From the NCBI RefSeq assembly GCF_000009705.1, contig NC_003272.1, positions 3,180,001 through 3,212,000 on the forward strand: a DNA stretch of 32,000 nt, given 5' to 3'. The position numbers and the translations under genes were made by a program. Of the stretch, positions 17,920 through 25,739 are shown one piece after another (positions within the stretch are counted from its first letter, which is position 1; every line of letters starts with the position of its first letter). This stretch comes from Nostoc sp. PCC 7120 = FACHB-418. GTDB taxonomy: Bacteria > Cyanobacteriota > Cyanobacteriia > Cyanobacteriales > Nostocaceae. The notes under the pieces were generated by a model, which was not told the origin of the DNA, made no database searches, and saw only the letters and a list, made by a program, of their open reading frames with translations.

Positions 17920-20900
17920 CTACCTTTTCTTTGGCTGAAGCTTGTTTAAAAATTTGTCGAGTTGCTGCTGATTTAAACGCGCACCTGCAAAATCTGATGG
18001 TGTGTAACCGCCACTATTTGGTGCTTGGCAATGTTGAATTATTGCTTGTAATGTTTTAATGAATTGCTGGGCTAAATTTTCAATGGTCGTTGTGTCATGT
18101 AAATTGCGACTGTATCGCCATTGAATTTGTAACTGAGATTGGGCTATCCAAGCATTGATATTTAATACATATCGACGCTGATTTAGAGGATGTGATGATA
18201 ATCCTGTAGATTCTTTTGCTAGTCCCAGAATCCATCCTTGGGAGGTGAATAAATCTAGTTGTCCCAAGTAATTAAAACTAATAGCAGATTGGGGTAGTGA
18301 TTGTAAAGTTTGAGATATCTGTTGATTCGGATTTAAATATCGTAGCAGCCCATAACTAATACCTTTTTGCGGAATTTCTCTAAGTCTTTCCTTTACATAT
18401 TTTAAATTCTCTTCCAGGTTATTTATATTTTTTAATTCTAAAAATACTGGAAAAATGGTAGTAAACCAACCTACTGTCCGAGTGATGTTGATATTAGCAA
18501 ATAAATCTTCTCGTCCATGCGTTTCTAAGTCAATCAGTACAGAATTTTGTTGTGTCCATTGACTATAAGTTAGTGCTAAAGCGGTTAATAATACATCATT
18601 GATTTGTGTCTGGTAGGCTTTGGGTACTGCTTCTATTAAGGCGCGAGTTTGACTAATATCTAGCTTAACCTGAATTTCAGCCTCAGATGCAATGTTATTA
18701 TCACCTTTACCAATCTTATCTAAAGGTAATTGGGGTAATTGTTTAGGGAGAATTTCTAACCAAGTTTTGAATTGTGCGACAACTTGATCAGATTCGGCAT
18801 AATTAACTAAATTTTGCGCCCATTCTCTGAAAGATGTGGTTTTTAGTGATAGTTTTATAGATGTTTGCTTGGCTTTTAGCTGTTGATAGGCTGTGACTAA
18901 ATCTTCTAGCAAAATGCGCCAAGAAATTCCATCAACGACTAAATGATGAATGATAAATAGTAGGCGATGATTTTGATTATCTCCTAGTTTAAACAAGGCT
19001 ACTTTAAATAGTATCCCCTGAGCTAAATCTAAACTAGCTTGCAGTTGAGATGCGACTGATTCAATTTGCTGGGTTTGCTGGTTTGCTGAGAATCCATTTA
19101 AATCAACAACTGTGAATATCTCCCCATTCTCGAAGGTAGGAATTATATCTTGCTCCCACGCACCATCTAAGGAAGAATTGATAAAACAAGAACGCAATAC
19201 ATCATGATGTAATACTAGTTCCTCAATTGCCTGTTTTAAGTAATCTACCTCTAAATCTGCCGCTACTTCCAAAAGCACAGCTTGGTTAAAGTAATCCCAT
19301 TTGTGCAAATTTTGCTCAAATAGCCAATGTTGAATCGGCGTTAAGGGGACTATTCCCGTCGCTATCCCTTGTTCTACTTGAGTTGTGGGCGCGATTTCTA
19401 TCACAGTTGCTAGTTCTGCGATGGTTTGATGCTGGAATAATTGCTTGGGTGTTAACTTTATTCCTGCATTATTCGCCTTTGCTACCATTTGAATACTCAG
19501 GATGGAATCTCCCCCACGCTCAAAGAAATTATCATGAATACCAACGCTAACACCGAGAATTTCTGTCCAGATTTCTACTAGGGTGGCTTCTATGGCGTTA
19601 CGTGGTGCGACTTGTTCTGATTCTGGTTTGGCTGCGGGTGCGGGAAGTTGTTGTTTGTCAACCTTCCCATTGGTTGTTAATGGTAATTGTTCCAGCCAGA
19701 CAAAGGCTGAAGGTAGCATATAAGCTGGTAATTTGGTTGCTAAATATTGCCGAAAATCTACCGTTTGCTGATTCCCGACAAGATAAGCGACTAATTGAGA
19801 CGATTGGGGGTGAACTTTCTGTAGGATGACTACAGCTTCTTGTACTGAGGGATGAGCTTTTAAAATTGCTTCAATTTCCCCCAATTCTACCCGAAATCCG
19901 CGAATTTTTACTTGATCGTCTAATCTGCCTAAGTATTCTATTGTACCGTCACTGAGGTAGCGGGCGCGATCGCCTGGTTTGTAGAGAGTGTTGACTGTTG
20001 ACTGTTGACTGTTGACTGTTGACTGTTGACTAATAAATCTTTCTGCGGTTAATTCGGGGCGATTTAAGTAACCTCTGGCGACTCCCGCACCACCTATGTA
20101 GAGTTCTCCGGGTACGCCGATGGGAACGGGTTGTAAATAGCGGTCTAAAATATAAAGTCGTGTATTGGCAATAGGACGACCAATAGGTACATTACCCTTG
20201 CTTGATTTTCCTTGTGAAGCATCATAAATACAGCACCCCACAACGGTTTCTGTGGGGCCATATTCATTAATTAACTTTGTTTGGGGAAAATAACTGCGCC
20301 AAAATTCTAAATGTTGTTCCGTTAGTGCTTCACCACCAATGATGAATGCTTGGGGGTATCCTGCTGGCACTTTTTGCGGTAGAAGTTGAGACAGTATGCT
20401 TAAATGAGCAGGGGTAAGTTTAACTAAACTAAAATTCCTTGCAGAACTGAGGGCGTTTTTTAGTGCTTCGATTTCCTCGGCTTCTGGTAGCAGTATTACC
20501 GCTTTCCCTACGAGTAGGGGTGTATATAAACTGGTAATGGTAGCATCAAAGCTGATGGCAGATTGTACAGGTACACCTACACCTAAATCTACTGGATAGG
20601 TTTGAATCGCCCATTGTAAATAATTAGCTAGTCCTCGATGGGTAAGCATTACGCCTTTTGGTTTACCCGTCGAACCAGATGTGTAAATTATGTAAGCGAG
20701 GTTTTCACCTGTAACTATGTTGGGTAAGTTTTCTGTGGGATTTTGAGCTATGCTTTGCCAATCTTCATCTAAACAGATTACAGTTCCTTGATAGTCTGGT
20801 AATCCCGTCACCGATGCAGCCATTGTTAATATAATTCTCGGTTGAGCATCCCCCAGCATATAAGCTAAACGTTCGGGAGGGAGTTTGTTATCTAGGGGGA

Positions 20901-22671
20901 TGTACGCGCCTCCAGCTTTGAGAACTGCTAGTAAGGCTATAATTAATTCTGGCGATCGCTCTAAATAAATTCCTACTAAAGACTCACAACCTACGCCTAA
21001 TTTTTGTAAATGATGGGCGAGTTGATTAACTTTGCTGTTCAGTTCTTGATAGGTAAGGGTTTGCTCTTGATAACAAACAGCGATACTATCGGGTGTGCGC
21101 TGAACTTGTTCCTCAAATAGTTGATGTAGCCATTTTTGCGGATAATCTACCTGGGTTTGATTCCATTCCACCAGAATTTGATGCTGTTCTTGGGGGGTGA
21201 GAATGGGAATTTCAGAAATTTTCCGGCTGGGGTTTTCGACAATGGCTGCTAGGATAACCCGCAAGTGCTGAATCATCCTGGTGATAGTCTGTTGCTGAAA
21301 TAAATCTGTACAATATTCCATCACCACTAGCAAACCTTGGGAACGTTCCACTATATGACAAGTTAAGTCAAATTTGGTTGCGCCAGTTTCTACCCAAGTT
21401 TGCTGAATTTCTAAGTCTGGTATTTGTAAATCTAACTGGGAATCATTCTGCAACTGATAAGCTTCGTTTTGTACCTGAAACATCACTTGCACTAAGGGAT
21501 TATGGCTCAAATCCCGTTCTATTTGCAGTGCTTCGACAACTTTGGCGAAGGGAATTTCTTGATATTCAAAGGCTTCGGCGGCGGTGGTGCGTATGCGTTC
21601 GAGAAGGGTGGTAAAGGTGGGATTTTCAGATAAATCTGTGCGTAATACTAACGTGTTGACGAAAAAACCAATTAAACTTTGTATTTGTTGGCGATCGCGG
21701 TTTGCACTCGGTACTCCTAAAACAATCTCGTCTTGCTGACAATAGCGATGTAGCAACACTTTAAAAGCTGCTAACAACAACATAAACAGCGTTACACCTT
21801 GCTGTTTACTCAATTGTTTCAGGGATTCTGAGAGAGTTTTGGGCAATAAATATGACTCGGTTTTCCCGTTAAACTTTTGTAGTGCGGTGCGTGGGTAATC
21901 TGTTGGTAGTTCTAGGGTAGGCAATTTGGCTAATTTTTGTTGCCAGTATGCCAATTGTGCTGCCATTTCTTCTCTTTGCAGACATTCTCTCTGCCATAAA
22001 GCAAAATCTGCATACTGATTTGATAATGCAGGTAGAGACGGTTGCTCATCGTTGATGAATGCACGATAGCAAGTTGCTAATTCCCGCAACAGGATGCCCC
22101 GTGACCATCCATCAGCGATGATATGGTGTAGTGTTAGCAGTAGGGTGGCTTGATTTGGTGCGAGGCGAATTAATTTCACCCGCATTAGGGGGGCTTGAGT
22201 TAAATCGAAGGGTTGACTGGCTTCTAGTTTGGCTAAATCTTGGGCTGTTTGTGCTTGTTGTTGCGGTGGTAAGCCTTGTAGGTCAATAATTGGTAGTTGT
22301 AAGTCAATATTTGCCGCAATTTTTTGATAAGGTTTACCTTCTTGGGATAAAAAGGCAGTCCTTAAACTTTCGTGGCGTTGGATAATTGTTTGTAAACTGG
22401 CTAATAAAGTCGAAATTTCTAATTTTCCTGCTAATTGCCAAGAAATTGCAATATTATAGGATGAATCGCTGGGGTTGATTTGATGCAGAAACCACAGTCT
22501 TTCTTGGGCTAAGGAAAGGGGTAATTCGGTGTTATTGTTGCGGGGTGGAATAGTTTGGCTAGAATTGGCTTTTTGGCGGAGTAGTTTTTCTAGTAAGGCT
22601 CGTTTTTCAGGCGTTAGTGAGGCTAAACGGCTTTGTAACTGCTGGGGGATGTTGGGCTGGGAGGATGTCAT
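17920..22671 (-). CDS. NRPS module C(LCL-type)-A-T-E, predicted Asn (epimerised). It is the first megasynthase gene of the co-directional run.
   Basis: 1583-aa ORF. N-terminal LASLTPEKRALLEKLLRQK region, then LSLAQERLWFLHQINP, LHHIIADGWS, LKAGGAYIPLD, LAYIIYTSGSTGKPKGV, FDATITSLY, KLTPAHL, INEYGPTETVVGC, YKPGDRARY, FFERGGDSILSIQ, IHHLVVDGISWRIL, GGYTPSDFAGARL. Code DATKIGEVG(K) ~ Asn. Confidence 0.95.
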   Translation of the reverse strand: MTSSQPNIPQQLQSRLASLTPEKRALLEKLLRQKANSSQTIPPRNNNTELPLSLAQERLWFLHQINPSDSSYNIAISWQLAGKLEISTLLASLQTIIQRHESLRTAFLSQEGKPYQKIAANIDLQLPIIDLQGLPPQQQAQTAQDLAKLEASQPFDLTQAPLMRVKLIRLAPNQATLLLTLHHIIADGWSRGILLRELATCYRAFINDEQPSLPALSNQYADFALWQRECLQREEMAAQLAYWQQKLAKLPTLELPTDYPRTALQKFNGKTESYLLPKTLSESLKQLSKQQGVTLFMLLLAAFKVLLHRYCQQDEIVLGVPSANRDRQQIQSLIGFFVNTLVLRTDLSENPTFTTLLERIRTTAAEAFEYQEIPFAKVVEALQIERDLSHNPLVQVMFQVQNEAYQLQNDSQLDLQIPDLEIQQTWVETGATKFDLTCHIVERSQGLLVVMEYCTDLFQQQTITRMIQHLRVILAAIVENPSRKISEIPILTPQEQHQILVEWNQTQVDYPQKWLHQLFEEQVQRTPDSIAVCYQEQTLTYQELNSKVNQLAHHLQKLGVGCESLVGIYLERSPELIIALLAVLKAGGAYIPLDNKLPPERLAYMLGDAQPRIILTMAASVTGLPDYQGTVICLDEDWQSIAQNPTENLPNIVTGENLAYIIYTSGSTGKPKGVMLTHRGLANYLQWAIQTYPVDLGVGVPVQSAISFDATITSLYTPLLVGKAVILLPEAEEIEALKNALSSARNFSLVKLTPAHLSILSQLLPQKVPAGYPQAFIIGGEALTEQHLEFWRSYFPQTKLINEYGPTETVVGCCIYDASQGKSSKGNVPIGRPIANTRLYILDRYLQPVPIGVPGELYIGGAGVARGYLNRPELTAERFISQQSTVNSQQSTVNTLYKPGDRARYLSDGTIEYLGRLDDQVKIRGFRVELGEIEAILKAHPSVQEAVVILQKVHPQSSQLVAYLVGNQQTVDFRQYLATKLPAYMLPSAFVWLEQLPLTTNGKVDKQQLPAPAAKPESEQVAPRNAIEATLVEIWTEILGVSVGIHDNFFERGGDSILSIQMVAKANNAGIKLTPKQLFQHQTIAELATVIEIAPTTQVEQGIATGIVPLTPIQHWLFEQNLHKWDYFNQAVLLEVAADLEVDYLKQAIEELVLHHDVLRSCFINSSLDGAWEQDIIPTFENGEIFTVVDLNGFSANQQTQQIESVASQLQASLDLAQGILFKVALFKLGDNQNHRLLFIIHHLVVDGISWRILLEDLVTAYQQLKAKQTSIKLSLKTTSFREWAQNLVNYAESDQVVAQFKTWLEILPKQLPQLPLDKIGKGDNNIASEAEIQVKLDISQTRALIEAVPKAYQTQINDVLLTALALTYSQWTQQNSVLIDLETHGREDLFANINITRTVGWFTTIFPVFLELKNINNLEENLKYVKERLREIPQKGISYGLLRYLNPNQQISQTLQSLPQSAISFNYLGQLDLFTSQGWILGLAKESTGLSSHPLNQRRYVLNINAWIAQSQLQIQWRYSRNLHDTTTIENLAQQFIKTLQAIIQHCQAPNSGGYTPSDFAGARLNQQQLDKFLNKLQPKKR
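19990..20031. repeat. Heptamer tandem array GTTGACT x6 (STRR3-like), 42 nt, in frame in the Asn A domain upstream of core A7.
   Basis: Read directly. It encodes QQSTVNSQQSTVN before TLYKPGD. HIP1 is at 19966-19973. Confidence 0.95.
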
Positions 22672-22823
22672 ATCAATATGTACTTACTCTATAGAATTGC
22701 TGAGTAAGGTAGAAAGTATAAATTGCTGGAAGCTTGAATATTTATGCTAAGTATTTGAATTTATTATTGCAAGTTTCTATTAATAAGTCTAGGGGGTTAT
22801 TGAACGCAGAGGGGAGGGGAGGT
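22672..22823 (-). promoter_or_regulatory. Largest non-repeat intergenic spacer (152 nt) upstream of the first NRPS gene, a candidate promoter/leader region.
   Basis: On the minus strand there is a TATACT -10-like hexamer (22720-22715) about 45 nt upstream of the ATG, with no convincing -35. A 7-bp inverted repeat CTTACTC...GAGTAAG (22683-22708) sits just upstream of the start codon. This is motif reading only. Confidence 0.25.
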
Positions 22824-22844
22824 TTACGCAAAGGGGCGCGGAGG
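22805..22844. repeat. GC-rich repeat CGCAGAGG-GGAGGGGAGG-TTTA-CGCAAAGG-GG-CGCGGAGG, overlapping the 3' end of the ABC transporter CDS.
   Basis: Read directly. The stop codon (22826-22824) and the last ~7 codons of the ABC gene lie inside the repeat. Confidence 0.85.
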
Positions 22845-24497
22845 TTTTATGAGTTCGAGTATGTGGTGATGGAAGGGGCGGAGTGAGGAGCGATGTCCGA
22901 CACTAATGTAGGTGATTTGGGTTGTTTGGAGTTGTTGATAAAGTTGGGTTTGATTGGTTTCGTCTAAGGCACTGGTGGCTTCGTCGAGAATGGCGTATTG
23001 GGGAGACTGTATTAGTAAGCGGGCAAATGCTAGTCTTTGTTGTTCTCCAACTGATAAGACTCTTTCCCAGTCGGTGATGCTATCTAAACCGTTGAAGCGT
23101 TCTATTAAGTCTGTTAAGTTTACTTGCTGTAACACTTGCAAGAGTTCATCGTCTGATATACTGCGGTTATTTTGGGGATATAGTAGCTGTTCTCGTAAGC
23201 TGCCGAGAATCATGTAGGGACGTTGGGGTAAAAAGAGTAGGTGCGATTTTGGATAGGTAATTTTTCCAGTTCCAGACTGCCACAATCCTGCTAATGCACG
23301 CAATACAGAGGTTTTACCTACGCCACTTTTACCGGTGATTAATAGGGATTCTCCAGGGGAAACAGTAAAGGATAAATCTTTGACTAAAATCTTTTGATAG
23401 TCGGGGGTGTGTAGGGTGACGTTTTGAAAACTGATGTAGGAATCTGCAAGTCGGTTAAGTATAATATACTGTTCTTGATTTAGATTGATGGGGTTTTCTA
23501 GTTTCTCAATGAGATTGTACAATTCATCTAACCGAGTGACGGCTGCGGCTAAGTTACTCAGTTGCTCAAATTGGCTAATAATTAAACCTAAAGCTAGTAA
23601 AATACTGCGGAAAGCTACTCCAGCTTGTGCGGATACGCCTATTTCTAGTTCTCCCGCTAAAATTCGGGGGGCTAATATAAATGTTGGTAGTAAAAATGTG
23701 ATGTATTGATAACTGTTTTGAAATAAGTCTAAGCCTAATTGCCAACGAATTAAATGTGTAAAGTTGCTGACGACTCTGAGAAACCTTTGCCAGATTTCTT
23801 GAGATTCTACCGCTTGTCCTTGGTAAAATGCGATCGCTTCTGCATTATCCCCCACGCGAATCAAGCCGTAGCGTAAATCAGCTTCTCGTTTGAGTTGTTC
23901 AAAGTTAATTCCAACTAAGGTTTTGCCAAAAACTATGGTTGTGAATACTGTGCCAACTACAGCGTAAATGATTAAAAACACCATTAATGTCGGTGCAATG
24001 CGCCACAACACTCCAGAGAAGGCAATCAGTTGTAAAATTGAGTCTAATAGGACTATGGCAAAATACAGCGATTGTTGGGTAAAATTTTGAATATCTTCCG
24101 CAATGCGCTGATCTGGGTTATCAATATCCGATGTTGTCGTCAGGTGGTAAAAGTTGCGTTGATGCAGATATTTATTAAGAAAATATGTAGTTAACCACTG
24201 TCGCCAAGATAAACTTAACTGGGCTTGTAAATAGGTTTTCAGGGCGAGAATTGGTACACCGATGAGTAAAATTCCCAGGAAGATTACCACCGCTTGGATA
24301 AATCGGTTGCTATCTACTGCGGCTAAAGATGATTCTAGTTCACCGAGAAACAGACTTAAGACAACGGTGACTACTGTACCGATGAGTGAGAGACATAGTA
24401 ACAGAAAAAGGAGTGCGATCGCTTGCCACTTTTTTTCTGAAAGCCAATAAAGTTTACCGATGCGCGAAAACTGTCTAAGCATTTTAATGAAAAACAT
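22824..24497 (-). CDS. ABC transporter, fused permease + ATPase half-transporter (YddA/SbmA-BacA/ABCD-like by its signature motif).
   Basis: 557-aa ORF. The N-terminal ~330 aa has several long hydrophobic spans. Walker A GKSGVGKTS, signature LSVGEQQRLAFARLL, Walker B YAILDEATSALD, H-loop SVGHR. ATG 24497-24495 overlaps the devC-like stop by 14 nt, and an alternative ATG at 24482-24480 lies 1 nt after that stop. The last residues KPPRPFA are encoded by the CGCAGAGG-type repeat. Confidence 0.85.
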   Translation of the reverse strand: MFFIKMLRQFSRIGKLYWLSEKKWQAIALLFLLLCLSLIGTVVTVVLSLFLGELESSLAAVDSNRFIQAVVIFLGILLIGVPILALKTYLQAQLSLSWRQWLTTYFLNKYLHQRNFYHLTTTSDIDNPDQRIAEDIQNFTQQSLYFAIVLLDSILQLIAFSGVLWRIAPTLMVFLIIYAVVGTVFTTIVFGKTLVGINFEQLKREADLRYGLIRVGDNAEAIAFYQGQAVESQEIWQRFLRVVSNFTHLIRWQLGLDLFQNSYQYITFLLPTFILAPRILAGELEIGVSAQAGVAFRSILLALGLIISQFEQLSNLAAAVTRLDELYNLIEKLENPINLNQEQYIILNRLADSYISFQNVTLHTPDYQKILVKDLSFTVSPGESLLITGKSGVGKTSVLRALAGLWQSGTGKITYPKSHLLFLPQRPYMILGSLREQLLYPQNNRSISDDELLQVLQQVNLTDLIERFNGLDSITDWERVLSVGEQQRLAFARLLIQSPQYAILDEATSALDETNQTQLYQQLQTTQITYISVGHRSSLRPFHHHILELIKPPRPFA

Positions 24498-25671
24498 CTG
24501 CGGGATCAGCAGAACGAAGTTTATTGGAGGCGATCGCAGCTGAAGCGAGACACATGATAAATGTTAAAATCAACACCATAACTGCCAAATCAGGTGTCAT
24601 CGCCAGTTCCAGTCGTGTTAAATCTGCGAGAAAATGGTACATTCCCACAGAGATAAAAAAGCCTGGAATAAAACCTAATACTGTCAGCATTGCTGCTTCT
24701 TGAAAAATCACCAATAAAAGATAAATATCAGAATAACCCATTGCTTTAAGGGTAGCGTATTCAGCTAAATGATCCCTAACATCGGCATACAAAACCTGAT
24801 AGACAATTACCACCCCAATAATAAATCCCATAACTGCACCAAAACTAAAAATCAATCCGGCTGGGTTTTCTTCTTGATATTTCAATTCTTTAGCTATCAA
24901 TTCTTGATGAGTATAGACACTAATACCAGGAACATTCTTTTCAATACCAGCCTTTACTGCTTCTGGATTCACACCGGGGTTTAAAATAACTATACCAATG
25001 CTGACTCTATTTAAAATATCCTTACCAAATATTTCTGCATAATTAGCTTCACTAGTAATCACATTACCTGTACCCAGAAAAAATGAATTACCCAGATTAA
25101 ATAATCCAACGATATCAGCCTTACGCCGATTAATTAAAGCTGTCAGTTGATTATTTTTGTTACTACTAAAATCTTGGACGACAGTTCCCAACTCTTGTTT
25201 AGCGAACCGATCAAATATAAAACTATCAGGTACACTGATTTTATGGCGTTGAGCATTCACTTCAGGAATATTAAAAACTTTCCTATTAGGATTAAAAGCA
25301 ATCACCCGTGCTTCATAAGATTGATATTCTTGTTTATAAGCCCAAGCAACACCAGAATTAATATAGAGAGGAATAGTATCAGCCACACCTGCAATTCCCG
25401 CCGCTTGATAAAGTCGCAAACGGTCAAATTCAATTGAACCCAAAAATCTAGTATCTGGGTGTACTAAAAATAAATCTCCCTGAAGACTTTCCGGTAAAGC
25501 CGTAGCCCCACTAGTAAATAATTGCCTAAATCCCAACTGCATAAAAATTAATATATTGGCAAATGCAATTCCTCCCATCGCTACCAAAAGACGAGTTTTT
25601 TGATATGATAATTGCGACCAAGCCAACGAACGCTGAAATTGTACTTTTTTAAAAATATATAACATTAACAA
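24484..25671 (-). CDS. devC: DevC-family ABC exporter permease (FtsX-like, MacB-type periplasmic domain).
   Basis: 395-aa ORF. N-terminal LAWSQLSYQKTRLLVAMGGIAFANILIFMQLGF, a large central soluble region, and a C-terminal FtsX-type block EYATLKAMGYS followed by hydrophobic spans. The track start at 25671 is TTG. An ATG two codons in (25665-25663, MLYIFKK...) is the more likely start. Confidence 0.85.
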   Translation of the reverse strand: MLMLYIFKKVQFQRSLAWSQLSYQKTRLLVAMGGIAFANILIFMQLGFRQLFTSGATALPESLQGDLFLVHPDTRFLGSIEFDRLRLYQAAGIAGVADTIPLYINSGVAWAYKQEYQSYEARVIAFNPNRKVFNIPEVNAQRHKISVPDSFIFDRFAKQELGTVVQDFSSNKNNQLTALINRRKADIVGLFNLGNSFFLGTGNVITSEANYAEIFGKDILNRVSIGIVILNPGVNPEAVKAGIEKNVPGISVYTHQELIAKELKYQEENPAGLIFSFGAVMGFIIGVVIVYQVLYADVRDHLAEYATLKAMGYSDIYLLLVIFQEAAMLTVLGFIPGFFISVGMYHFLADLTRLELAMTPDLAVMVLILTFIMCLASAAIASNKLRSADPADVFH

Positions 25672-25704
25672 TTCTTAGTATACTCAATAAAAACCTTAAC
25701 TAAC

Positions 25705-25729
25705 CCTTTGCGCCCCTCCGCGTTTAAAA
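25705..25729. repeat. GC-rich repeat in the opposite orientation: CCTTTGCG-CC-CCTCCGCG-TTTAAAAC, in the devB-devC spacer.
   Basis: Read directly. Confidence 0.85.
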
Positions 25730-25739
25730 CTCCAAAAAA

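Noticed and set aside
5044-20031. Possibility that the short tandem repeats represent a CRISPR array.
   Set aside because: The units are 7-8 nt and directly abutting, with no spacers. The arrays are 24-42 nt long and lie inside ORFs. No cas-like genes are present.
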